A stretch of DNA of 63,668 nt, the filler included, from Octopus bimaculoides (taxonomy: Eukaryota), in the NCBI RefSeq assembly GCF_001194135.2. It is 5 parts of 5 records of this genome, joined end to end, with 100 filler letters (N's around TTAATTAATTAA, not from the genome) between each part and the next. Parts side by side here need not be neighbours in the genome. Positions count along the whole stretch, not along the records: positions 51,820 to 60,085 come from NW_026299678.1; positions 60,186 to 63,668 come from NC_068997.1; 3 more parts are not named here. One strand, written 5' to 3'. Made by a program: the position numbers and the translations under genes. Within the stretch, counting starts at the first letter, position 1, and the number at the start of each line of letters is the position of its first letter. A model generated the notes under the pieces. The model saw only the letters and a program-made list of their open reading frames with translations. It had not been told where the DNA came from and searched no databases. Below are positions 52,470 through 63,668 of this stretch, in pieces.

Positions 52470-52712
52470 AGTCTCTTAAAGGGCTCTCTACCCATCTTGA
52501 CCAGGCTCCCATGGCTTTTATGGGTTTTTCCACGTGTACCCTTTCAAAGTGCCTCTCCCTATTGGGAGTTTTTATTTGTTATATCTTTCGATGTTGTATA
52601 TTTGTTTACACGAACGTTTCTTTTCGGACAAAACCCTTTGTACCCTTCATCCTGTCTTTGTCCTTACATGTTTTCTGATTTATATCAGCCCTTGTGGCCA
52701 ATAAAACAAGAA
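52470..52712 (+). mobile_element. L1/Tx1-like 3' UTR fragment nested in the Tigger left arm
   Basis: Ends in AGCCCTTGTGGCCAATAAAACAAG, matching the terminus at 24733-24750. Confidence 0.45.
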
Positions 52713-52715
52713 TTA

Positions 52716-52874
52716 AGAAGTGGGTGTGTGGTAAGTAGCTTGCTTACCAACCACATGGTTCTGGGTTCATTCCCACTGCGTAGCATCTTGGGCAAGTGTC
52801 TTCTACTATAGCCTCGGACCGACCAAAGCCTTGTGATTGGATTTGGTAGACGGAAACTGAATGAATCTCTTTTC

Positions 52875-52906
<32 letters not shown>

Positions 52907-53118
52907 CTGCGTTTGTCCCCCAACATCGCTTGACAACCGATACTGGTGTGTTTACGTACCCATAACTTAGCGGTTCGGCAAAAAGAGACCGATAGAATAA
53001 GTACTAGGCTTACAAAGAATAAGTCCTGGGGTCGATTAGCTCGATTAAAAGCGGTGCTCCAGCATGGCCGCAGTCAAATGACTGAAACAAGTAAAAGAGT
53101 AAAGAGAGTAAAGAGAGT
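52716..53118 (+). mobile_element. SINE family A nested in Tigger
   Basis: Full-length copy. Confidence 0.9.
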
Positions 53119-53326
53119 AGTATAGGTTACTGTATCGAGTGGTAATACAGACTAAATTTTTCAAAACCATGATTATATTTAATCTCTGCTCAATCTCCCA
53201 TTGGTGGTATGCACATATTAGATGCAAGAAAGAGTTATTTTGGAAGTTTTTTGAGGAAAAACTGCTTCCAGTAGCCTATCTCAAGTGTTTTGTTTAGTGT
53301 TGTTTTTTTTCGCAGCACGTTATTAA

Positions 53327-53544
53327 CCCTTTAGTGTTTAAACCGGCTATATCCGGCCCAAATATTCTACTCATTTTATGCCCAAACTGGCCAGAACCAA
53401 TATCTCGCATCTACCCTGCAATGTCATTCTAAAAATAAACAATTACATCTCTCAAATTTTGAAGTTACAAGACAATACCAGATTAATTTTTTAAAGTGTA
53501 CATGAATAAAGATTACTTTTGACATTAATTTGAACACTAAAGGG
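53327..53544. mobile_element. piggyBac-type MITE (218 bp)
   Basis: Seen: TTAA|CCCTTTAGTGTTTAAA ... TTTGAACACTAAAGGG|TTAA; 15/16 TIR match; TTAA duplication at 53323-53326 and 53545-53548. CCC...GGG ends with a TTAA target are established piggyBac hallmarks. Confidence 0.85.
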
Positions 53545-53568
53545 TTAAAGCCCTAAGATCCCACCCAA

Positions 53569-55535
53569 ATGCCCTACACTTTCTAAGGCTTCAGGCAGTG
53601 AACCTAAGCGCCAGAAAAAATGGTTATGACGTTCCGCGAGAAGGCACAACTGCTGGATCTGTTCCAGGAACGTAATAGGTGTGCTCCAGTAAATCACGGT
53701 TATGATCTCAATGAAAGCACAATAAGCTACATAAAGAAGAACGAGGCGGCAACCAGGTTTGCCGTTGCAGGAAGTTTCTGAGAGAGTGCCAAAAAGATAA
53801 CGACAGTGAGAAATAAGCACTTGGTCAGGATGGATCAGATACTGCAAGAAGGAGAACATTCCCTTCAATGGTAACATCACTGGTGAGAAAGCACTGAAAT
53901 TATACCAACAGTTTGACAGAGGAGACGGAGCAGAAGGCGCTGAAGAATCGCAACCAAGACCATTGACAGCATCGGAGCCTGAAGATTTTCAAGCCAGCAA
54001 GGGACGGTTTGACCATTCCCAGAAATGGTTTAAAGTAAAGTGTGTTTCCCCTGCATGGAGAGATAACATCAGCTGACAAAGAAGTTGCTGAAAAGTACCT
54101 TGAGATCTTCAGGTAAATCGTTGAGGACAAGGGATACAAGCAGGGACAGGTTTTCAGTATGGACGAGATTGGTTTGTTCTGGAAGAAGATGCCTTCTAGA
54201 ATTTACATCATGAAGGATGAAGCCAGAGCCCCAGGATTTGAGGCACAGAAGGACAGAGTGATGCTAAATCCGTGTGGTTATGCCGCTGGTTTCCTGATGA
54301 AACCAGGACTTATCTACAAGTCCGCGAATCCAAGGGCCTTCAAAAATAAGAATAAAAACCTGCTGCCTGTCAACTGGATGCACAACCCCAAGGCCTGGAT
54401 TACCAAGAGTCTACCTTTAAATTGGTTCCACCAATGCTTCATCCTCCAAGCTAAGAAATACCTCCAGAACGTATGCATGGAATTCAAGGTGTTGCTTGTC
54501 ATGGATAACGCTAGTGGGTCACTCGAATCAAGAGGGAATCCAAGTTGAGTTCCTCCCTGCTAACACCATCTCCTTCATCCAGCCTAGGGATCAAGGTGTG
54601 ATCCGTGTCTTCAAGGGATTTTACACTCGGAACTCTTTCCAACACCTTGTGGACGCAATGGATTCGGACGAGAATTTCAAGTTAAAGGATTACTGGCGTA
54701 ACTTCAGAATCGCAACGTACCTGTCAGTCATCCACGTTGCTCTTAAAGACATGAAAAAAAGAAACCCTCATCGCATGCTGGAAGAAGGTGTGACCAGAGT
54801 GTGTCCAGGACAACGAGGGCTTCTCACCTGAAGATATTCAAGCAAGAGGCTGTCGACAATGCAGCAAAACTGACAAAGGTTCTCGGAGGCGAAGGTTTTG
54901 ATGACATCATGCAAGATGAGGTCAACAATTTCGTCGATGTCCACTCAGAAACCCTGACAGGCGAAGATTTGTTGGAGTTAACAAAGTCTGCCAGCAAAGA
55001 GGAGGAGGAGGAGGAGGAAGTGCCAGATCCAGAAGAGGATGAGGTGAGTGTGTCAATCTAACGTCTGTCCGACCTTTTAGGGAACAGCAAAGGAACTGCA
55101 AGGGAAGGCAGAAGCATGGGATCCCTATATGGATCAGTCTCTCCAATTTCAAAATGATGTTGTTGCTGCCATGCAGACATATAACACCCTCCTCCTCCTC
55201 ATCATGAAGAATCAACAACAGCAACTTCCCATCATGTATGTGTGTGATATATGTTTGTGTCTGTGTTTGTCCTCCCAGCATCGCTTGACAACCGATGGTG
55301 GTGTATTTATGTTCCCGTAACTTAGCAGTTTGGCAATAGGGACTGATGGAATAAATACTAGACTTACAAAGAGTAAGTCCTGGGGTTGGTTTGCTCGACT
55401 AAAGGCGATGCTCCAGCATGGCCGCAGTCAAATGACTGAAACAAGTAAAAGAGTAAACCCCACCAAGAAAGCCTTGCAGGGAGATACATCCCCTAAAACA
55501 CCTGAAGAATAGGCGTCACCTGAAGACCTTTAAAT
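53569..55535 (+). pseudogene. Tigger (TIGD1-like) transposase pseudogene: CENP-B-type HTH plus DDE domain, frameshifted
   Basis: Seen: PKRQK..VMTFREKAQLLDL..NESTISYIKKNE (HTH); MDEIGLFWKKMPSRIYI..KPGLIYKSANPRAFKNK..WFHQCF..VLLVMDNA; VEFLPANTISFIQPRDQGVIRVFKGFYTR (ORFs 54159-54548, 54496-54831, 54801-55061). Multiple stops and frameshifts; C-terminus split by a SINE. Confidence 0.9.
55236..55456 (+). mobile_element. SINE family A 3' half inserted in the transposase C-terminus
   Basis: 3' block match; a transposase-like frame resumes at about 55457. Confidence 0.8.
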
Positions 55536-55600
55536 TTCCTTTGCTGTGCAGTCATTACCGTATTTTCATCATCATCATCATCTTAAATCAATATCATTCA

Positions 55601-55819
55601 TTACTCTTACTCTTTACTTGTTTCAGTCATTTGACTGTGGCCATGCTGGAGCACCGCCTTTTAGTCGAGCTAATCGACCCCCAGGACTTATTCTTTGTAA
55701 GCCTAGTACTTATTCTCTTGGTCTCTTTTGCTGAACCGCTAAGTTATGGGGACGTTAACACGCCAGCATCGGTTGTCAAGCGAGGTTGGGGGGACAAACA
55801 CAGACACACAAACACACAC

Positions 55820-55859
<40 letters not shown>

Positions 55860-55882
55860 ATANNNNNNNNNNACACAAACAC

Positions 55883-55922
<40 letters not shown>

Positions 55923-56082
55923 ATACGACGGGCTTCTTTCAGTTTCCGTCTACCAAATCTACTCACAAGTCTTCGTTCAGCCCGAGGCTATTGTAAAATA
56001 CACTTGCTCAAGGTGCCACGCAGTGGGACTGAACCCAGAACCATGTGGTTGGTAAGCAAGCCACTTACCACACAGCCACTGC
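55601..56082 (-). mobile_element. SINE family A nested in the Tigger right arm
   Basis: Full-length copy. Confidence 0.9.
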
Positions 56083-56256
56083 TATTCATGTATTTTACTT
56101 CCTTTTTTATTAAATTATTATTAAAGATTAAATATATAATATTTTACGTTATATTTTGACATTAGAGGCATTTTTATGCACCACATCCAATATTCGCAGT
56201 TTTTCATTATTCGTGGAAGCGCTAGGAACGTAACCCCTGCAAATATCAGGGGACCA

Positions 56257-56317
<61 letters not shown>

Positions 56318-56461
56318 TATATATATTTATGTTACAGTAAGACAATTATATACCACTGCAGTGTGTATAATAAAAGAGAGAGTGTTGGTGAATTAGAAGC
56401 TGTGTGTTCGTGTGTGGGACATAGTAGAGAAATACAGTATAGGTGTGTTCGGAGTGGTGCA

Positions 56462-56504
<43 letters not shown>

Positions 56505-56594
56505 GGTAGTTTTGGTGATAGTAGTAGCAGTAGTGGTGGTGGTGGTGGTGGTAGAGAGAGGAGGCAGTGTGTTGACAACTCAGAGAATCTGAGT

Positions 56595-56645
<51 letters not shown>

Positions 56646-57004
56646 TATGCAAGTTGGTGTCTGTGAGGAGCAGATGCCATTGTAGTAGTGGTGGACAACA
56701 CAGAAGGAGGAGAGTGCTCATAGAGTATTGGTGAGAGAGAATTTGGTCATGAGTCACATCGTCTAGTCGGAGGTGTCCGTTCTAGGAGAACAGTATGTGT
56801 AACAGGAAGCCATATTGGCCCCGATATATAAACAGCACTGTGGTGTAGTAACAACAGAACTATCCCAGATATCTGGGACAGGACCTCAACGTAGGGTCTC
56901 AGTGGACAAGATCACATTTCAGAATTAACTCTCTGTATCTCTGATTCATTTATAAAATTAATGACTTCTAGGAAGACCATATTTCGTTACACAACCATAA
57001 TGCT

Positions 57005-57222
57005 TGAGGGAGTGCGGCAAAGTTCCTGGTTTTGAGGGCATTGTGAAAGTTCTGGGTGGTGACCCAACTTTTTAAGTCCTTTTTACAAGGTTTAGAAAAA
57101 CTGAAGGACTGCTGCAATAAGTGTGTGAATCTGAGAGGGGAATATGTTGGATAAAATCCTAATTAACTGATCCTCCTGGATTTTTTTGTACCCAAAGCCA
57201 GGAACTTTTCAGCAGGCCCTCA
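57005..57222 (+). mobile_element. mariner-derived MITE
   Basis: Seen: TIRs TGAGGGAGTGCGGCAAAGTTCCTGGTTTTG / CAAAGCCAGGAACTTTTCAGCAGGCCCTCA|TA. Internal KCVNLRGEYVG* (57119-57154) resembles the mariner transposase C-terminus. Confidence 0.75.
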
Positions 57223-57431
57223 TATGACAAAGTACATTAAAAGTTTTATGATTAATATATACATACCAGCTTCCAGGCATGCATTTAACACGGCATATCC
57301 AATAACGTTATGCCACTGAATTTAGTTGCCATTTAACTAATTAGTTCATGGATGATCAATGGATTGGATGAGTGAGGATGAAAAATGTTAATTAGAACAT
57401 TTTTTTTTCTTCTATGATTGTAAAAAACAGA

Positions 57432-57618
57432 GAAAATAGCTTCTGACAAATGTAGAAAGTTTAATAAAATCTTTATATTCCAGGCACAAAGAGCCATCTT
57501 CAGAAGAAAAACAGTCTAAAAGTCCAGTTATGAAACCAGACTTTTCTTCTGAAGATGGGCCTTTGCACCTAAAATATAAGGGTTTTATTAAACTCCCTGC
57601 ATTGTCAGAAGCTGTTTT
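57432..57618. repeat. Imperfect inverted repeat, arms about 80 bp
   Basis: Perfect core CCATCTTCAGAAGAAAA / TTTTCTTCTGAAGATGG, extending to TAGCTTCTGACAA / TTGTCAGAAGCTG. Confidence 0.8.
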
Positions 57619-57772
57619 GTTTCTTGTCATGTGAACCCTGGTTGAGAACCACTACCTTAGACAGATTCAGAGTGAAAAGGGAGCCCTACCTTCCTGACAA
57701 CACGAATAGAGGTTCCTTTGAGAAAGCTCTATTTTGTTGTCATGGAATAGCACAGTTGTGCTACGGCAACTT

Positions 57773-57830
57773 CAGCCAATCAGAGGGGCGCGTAGGTAGA
57801 CCAAAGAGCAGTTATCCGCCCTCTTGGCTG
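57773..57830. promoter_or_regulatory. CCAAT-box/GC-box island forming a dyad
   Basis: AGCCAATCAG (NF-Y consensus) at 57774-57783 and TCCGCCC at 57815-57821; the arms CAGCCAA..AGAGGGGCG / CGCCCTCTTGGCTG are complementary. Confidence 0.3.
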
Positions 57831-58134
57831 GTGCGCAGTTTTCTTGACAGTCGATGGATGAACTTGACACAGAACACATCGTTTTCTTTAAGATGGAACT
57901 TGCTGGTCCATATTTCTTACCTCAGCACAACAAGCTTCTAAACCATTTGTGCAATAGCAACTTTTATAGCTTTCTTTTTGACTCCTACATACATACATCC
58001 TTGTTCATCACCTGTTGGTTCACATTATGGTCCAAACAAGAGCACGCAGAGAACGCAAGCCTCCACCAAGGCAACACCAATGTCCTTTCAACGATTAGCC
58101 AGATATGATTAATGATAATTTAATGATAACTTAA

Positions 58135-58236
58135 TGATAACTAAGTTAATTTACTAAATTCTTTGTTACATTTAAAATTAATCGAAAGAAACACAGAGCA
58201 CCTCAGCAGAAATACAGTAACGAAAGGGTTTTAAAG
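58135..58236. mobile_element. One end of a second piggyBac-like MITE family
   Basis: Ends in GTAACGAAAGGGTT(T)TAA; the partner end was not found. Family resemblance is from recall only. Confidence 0.35.
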
Positions 58237-58647
58237 TTATCTGCACAGACTTCCTATAAAACTTAGAACCAGTACTGAAAGTTATATTTCGTATACAAAT
58301 ATACATATTAAAGACAGAGAAATAGGTAATGGGGGTACATACATATTTCAGGAGCTATTGGCCTTTTTTCAGCACCACACACACACATATCAAAAGGATG
58401 TGTTATAATACTATTCCACAGCCATACCAACAATCAAACATGCACCCATCATCAGCTGCCTCACAGATATCATTATGGTTTCCACACACCTGTGTCTGTG
58501 TGTGTAGATATATATAGACACACACACATCCTTCAAATTCTTAGCTACAATCTTTGTCATGACAGATGGTAACTGTTACCTGAATACAGAGTAAACATTA
58601 TTTTCACCTGGAACCTTATATATAATATATATATATATATATATATG

Positions 58648-58708
<61 letters not shown>

Positions 58709-59560
58709 NNNNNNNNNNNNNNNNNNNNNNNNNNNNNNNNNNNNNNNNNNNNNNNNNNNNNNNNNNNNNNNNNNNNNNNNNNNNNNNNNNNNNNNNNNNN
58801 NNNNNNNNNNNNNNNNNNNNNNNNNNNNNNNNNNNNNNNNNNNNNNNNNNNNNNNNNNNNNNNNNNNNNNNNNNNNNNNNNNNNNNNNNNNNNNNNNNNN
58901 NNNNNNNNNNNNNNNNNNNNNNNNNNNNNNNNNNNNNNNNNNNNNNNNNNNNNNNNNNNNNNNNNNNNNNNNNNNNNNNNNNNNNNNNNNNNNNNNNNNN
59001 NNNNNNNNNNNNNNNNNNNNNNNNNNNNNNNNNNNNNNNNNNNNNNNNNNNNNNNNNNNNNNNNNNNNNNNNNNNNNNNNNNNNNNNNNNNNNNNNNNNN
59101 NNNNNNNNNNNNNNNNNNNNNNNNNNNNNNNNNNNNNNNNNNNNNNNNNNNNNNNNNNNNNNNNNNNNNNNNNNNNNNNNNNNNNNNNNNNNNNNNNNNN
59201 NNNNNNNNNNNNNNNNNNNNNNNNNNNNNNNNNNNNNNNNNNNNNNNNNNNNNNNNNNNNNNNNNNNNNNNNNNNNNNNNNNNNNNNNNNNNNNNNNNNN
59301 NNNNNNNNNNNNNNNNNNNNNNNNNNNNNNNNNNNNNNNNNNNNNNNNNNNNNNNNNNNNNNNNNNNNNNNNNNNNNNNNNNNNNNNNNNNNNNNNNNNN
59401 NNNNNNNNNNNNNNNNNNNNNNNNNNNNNNNNNNNNNNNNNNNNNNNNNNNNNNNNNNNNNNNNNNNNNNNNNNNNNNNNNNNNNNNNNNNNNNNNNNNN
59501 NNNNNNNNNNNNNNNNNNNNNNGTGGGATCAAGACTAGGAACAGAAATAGGGTTTTAAAC

Positions 59561-60035
59561 CTTGTTTAACCCCAGGCCAATCTTTTATCCAGTAGACAGA
59601 CAGACCTATGACCATCCCATCTTTTATTCAGGCATCGTGTATCTAGGACTACACTATCTAATGTACAGTATAGGAGTTAGTATTAATGGCTATAGTTGTT
59701 GTTGTTTAACCCCAGGTCAGTCCTGGTCCAAGCAGGCCTATGATCAAAGGCGTTCCAGCTGTGACCATCCCATCTATAATTCAGGAATAGTGTATCTAGG
59801 ACTACATTATCTAATGTACAGTATAGGAATTAGTATTAGTGGCTATAATTGTTGTTTAACCACCGGTCTGTCCTGATTCAGACAGATTTATGATCGAAGA
59901 TGTTCCAGACATGACCATCCCATCTTTTTTCTGATATACAGTAAAACCAAGACAACATTACCACTAAAAAAACAGATGGGGGAAGAGTAGGGGGGTCGTA
60001 TGAAGGCAGTTTGGCTGCCATTTCTAGCAAGCGAG
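59561..60035 (-). repeat. Family D copy whose 3' part is tandemly amplified (units start 59562, 59702, 59852)
   Basis: Seen: TTGTTTAACC...TGACCATCCCATCT repeated three times at periods of 140 and 150 bp; the GTGTATCTAGGACTACA.TATCTAATGTACAGTATAGGA segment occurs in the first two units. Confidence 0.85.
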
Positions 60036-60086
60036 GCAACCAGGGAAAACATAAGGACAGTAAAGTGTTGGCGGAAGGGGGGAACN

Positions 60087-60185
60087 NNNNNNNNNNNNNN
60101 NNNNNNNNNNNNNNNNNNNNNNNNNNNNNTTAATTAATTAANNNNNNNNNNNNNNNNNNNNNNNNNNNNNNNNNNNNNNNNNNNN
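60087..60185. other. Artificial scaffold linker
   Basis: TTAATTAATTAA at 60130-60141 flanked by N runs. Confidence 0.95.
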
Positions 60186-60535
60186 ATGCTGGAGCACCGC
60201 CTTTAGTCGAATCAAATCGATCCCCAGGACTCATTCTTTGTAAGCCTAGTACTTATTCTATCGGTCTCTTTTTGCCGAACCGCTAAGTTACGGGGACCTA
60301 AGCACACCAGCATCGGTTGTCAAGCGATGTTGGGGGGACAAACACAGATACACAACATATACACACATACATATATACGACGGGCTTCTTACAGTTTCCG
60401 TCTACCAAATCCACTCACAAGGCTTTGGTCGGCCCGAGGCTATAGTAGAAGACACATGCCCAAGGTGCCACGCAGTGGGACTGAACCCGGAACCATGTGG
60501 TTCGTAAGCAAGCTACTTACCACACAGCCACTCCT
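60186..60535 (-). mobile_element. SINE family A (3' end cut by a linker)
   Basis: Near-consensus copy. Confidence 0.9.
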
Positions 60536-60857
60536 ACGTCAGTGAATTGTTTCAGAAAAGAGTTTACCAAAATATCGTAAGAATAAAAGACGCAAGTCTG
60601 AAATATTATCCTAAATTGAAACGTACGATGGTTGGAGCGAAAACATTTGATTTCCCTTGACTTTTGCGGTTTAGGTCGTATTTATTCGGTGGGTGTCTAC
60701 GACCACACACATTCATATGTAATGTATATGTGTGTGCATATATATATTATATTATATTATATTATATTATATTATATTATATTATATATATGAATATATA
60801 TAGTGAGAGAGACGGACAAAGACAGATAAGTAGATGTAGATGTATGTGCGTGTGTGC

Positions 60858-60958
<101 letters not shown>

Positions 60959-61146
60959 AGTGTGTGTGTGTGTGTGTGGGAATACACGTTAATGTCTCAA
61001 CAAATGAATGAAATATTAATTCGTTTTTTTGTTTCATGTAAAATTGCCAAAATAAATGTTCCGGAATTTAATATGAAAATGAGTTCGCATGTATATATAT
61101 TTATATATATATATGTATATAGTTATTTATGTATGTATATGTATGA

Positions 61147-61177
<31 letters not shown>

Positions 61178-62244
61178 ATATATTCATTTATTTATTTATG
61201 TGTATATGTATATATACATATATATATATATGTACGTATGTATGTATGCATGTATGTATATGTTTGTGCGTGTACATATATATATATATATGTATGTATA
61301 TATATATATGCCTATATATATACATATATACACACGTATAAGAATAATACAACACGAAGATGGAGGATAATAGGTTTAAATAGAAGATCACAACACTTGT
61401 TTCTGCTCTGCACCCCATCTTATTTAATTAATTGTATTCCACCTGATGAAGTGCTAACCCATGACTATTGCTGAAAAATATTCGAATATAATAATTTGGT
61501 TGCTAAAAAGTGTTTTCTATATTGAGCATCTCTGGATCTCAGCTGTTGATTCTCTCATTCTGTCTCATCACCCCATTCCCTTTGTATGTATGTATGTATG
61601 TATGTATGTATGTATGTATGTATGTATGTATGTATGTTTGTATGTATGTTTGTATATCTATACGTTCAGAGCTATATACGTACAGTTTTACATACATTTA
61701 TATACGAACAAACATGCATACAAATGTTTTGAAAAGTAAAACCAGAGATATCTCTCAGAAACAATGCAAGTGTGTCTTAGATAAAATTTGTTTTCTACCG
61801 GAATATTTTGCTACATCCGGAGTTGTTATACACTTTGGTCGGTTTTGGCGCCCCACCACACTTTCAAAATAAAAATATGAGCTTCAGGCTAGAATACACT
61901 GCACGAGGCAGAGATGTTGGTTCCCTCAAAGAGACAGTTGACCTTAAAATCCATAGAAACTATCAAAACATTGGCCCTATGTATTTGTGTTTGTAGATTT
62001 CTTTAATTTTTTGGCATCGCCAAAAATGATGGATTGCCTGGATAATTACATACCCACATTTTGATCTATTGCATACAAACTTAATACAATCTTGTGCTTG
62101 TCAGTACATATATGTATATATGAATGTATGCATACACTCACACACTCTCTGTGACGCACATATACACATACACAAAAACGCACACACGCATACACACGCA
62201 CATACATATATGTATGTATATACCTTTTTGTATTAGTACTGTCG

Positions 62245-62279
<35 letters not shown>

Positions 62280-63505
62280 NNNNNNNNNNATATATATATA
62301 TATATATATATGCATATGTATATACATATATATATATATGTACATATGTACGTACTTATGTATACATATATGTATATAAATACACATTTATAAGTATATA
62401 TGTGAATGTGTGGATATAGTATGTATATTTGATATTGTGAAGAAGTGACCGTGTGAACACGTTTAGTTGTTAATCCTCTTAATATATGTGCGTGTGTGTA
62501 CGTATATATCTATGTATGTATATGTTTGTGTGTGTGTATGTGTGTCTGAATGTGTATGTATGTCTGTATGTTTGTATTTATGTATGGATGTATGTGTAGA
62601 AACGAAAGGTGTTTAAGCATTTATTTATACATCACGAGCAATTAGCCGAATAAAACCACTTACTTTGAACGCCATCTTCATAGTCTGACATTGAAAGAGG
62701 TGGGTGAGTGGATCGGTCAGGGATTTGTAATTCACCGGATAAAGAAAAAAACCCTTTCGTCTGTTGGTGTATTGTCACGTCCCATTACGTTCTGAGTTCA
62801 AATCCCACCCGTCTCTACTCTGACTCTATCCCTATGGGACGTGTGCCAGTGCAGTCGATATATTCCACAATATCCCGCTTTTAGAATATATTAACATGTG
62901 CCTACCGTTGTGCAGTGCCACTGTTGGCTCGAGTGATGGTGTTTTTCGAAGTTAGGGCTGTCATCTTATTCGACCAAGAAATCGTCTATGATTATTCACT
63001 GCTACTGATTTCATAATCCTATTTATGCCTATACAACAAATATTCTGGGATCTATGTAACGAATTATAGAAAGAGAAACTCCAAAATTGCTCTAGTTCAG
63101 AGATTACAAATTTTAAAGGATTCCGACTCATTTTATGTTGATAATTATATTAGTTGATTCGGGTCTTATTTAAATCATTATATATCGATTTTGATATTTG
63201 TCTACCTTGGAATACAGGAGAAAAATTTATAAAGACTTTAACACTGTATAAAATTCATTGTCTCTCATTTGTAGAGTATAGATCATTTCGATGTTAGTAA
63301 CTGATGTTAGTAACTGATCATCTCTTGATAACCTGGATATACATAGAGAGAAGTTACGCGGAGCTTTAAATCTGAATATATCAACTTTGATATACATCTA
63401 CCCTAGAAAACGAGAGACGGTATGAAGATAATAAAATCTTATAGGATAAGTAGCGTAGCTGATATGTCCATACAACCCTTGACTTTGCTGAAATCCCACC
63501 CTCCC

Positions 63506-63647
63506 AACTTAGCGGTTCGGCAAAAAGAGACCGATAGAATAAGTACTAGGCTTACAAAGAATAAGTCCTGGGGTCGATTTGCTCGACTAAAGGCGGTGCT
63601 CCAGCATGGCCGCAGTCAAATGACTGAAACAAGTAAAAGAGTAAAAG
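63506..63647 (+). mobile_element. SINE family A, 5'-truncated young copy
   Basis: Nearly identical to 52964-53101. Confidence 0.9.
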
Positions 63648-63668
63648 ATATATATATATATATATATA

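Larger units (their letters stand above)
52330..56259 (+). mobile_element. Decayed Tigger/pogo-family DNA transposon with nested insertions
   Basis: Seen: left end TA|CAATGTATCCCCGC; right end CCCCTGCAAATATCAGGGGACCACTG|TA (imperfect TIRs, TA flanks); internal transposase remnants. TA target and CAGT-type ends are established for Tigger/pogo. Confidence 0.75.

Noticed and set aside
57921-58609. Putative minus-strand exon pair encoding a Cys-rich VWC-like peptide (GCMYVG..CYCTNGLEACC)
   Set aside because: On recount the two Cys segments are in different frames and the continuous frame hits TAG.

Overview
Animal, repeat-dominated, essentially non-coding DNA. The repeat vocabulary (tRNA-headed SINEs and extreme (TA)n/(TG)n/(TAGA)n microsatellite density) fits an octopus or other coleoid cephalopod genome; this is inference from recalled repeat consensus, not a database search. 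Four artificial 100-bp linkers (44 N + TTAATTAATTAA + 44 N) split the window into five assembly blocks. No intact host gene can be supported, and nearly all ORFs in the supplied track are microsatellite or gap artefacts. Supported content: about 35 SINE copies from three tRNA-headed groups, a headless (CAA)n-tailed repeat, a decayed Tigger/pogo transposon with nested insertions, two R4/Dong-type RLE retrotransposon fragments beside (TAA)n arrays, Tx1/L1-type 3' ends, piggyBac- and mariner-type MITEs, and a Helentron-like element carrying telomeric repeats. The most interesting signal is a set of type I hammerhead ribozyme motifs with palindromic stem III, the Penelope-like-element type. The best sits in a 344-bp near-perfect foldback at 33281-33624, a second at 12870-12949, and degenerate relics lie elsewhere. 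Second is modular body/tail swapping among the SINEs, with all four combinations of two bodies and two tails present.
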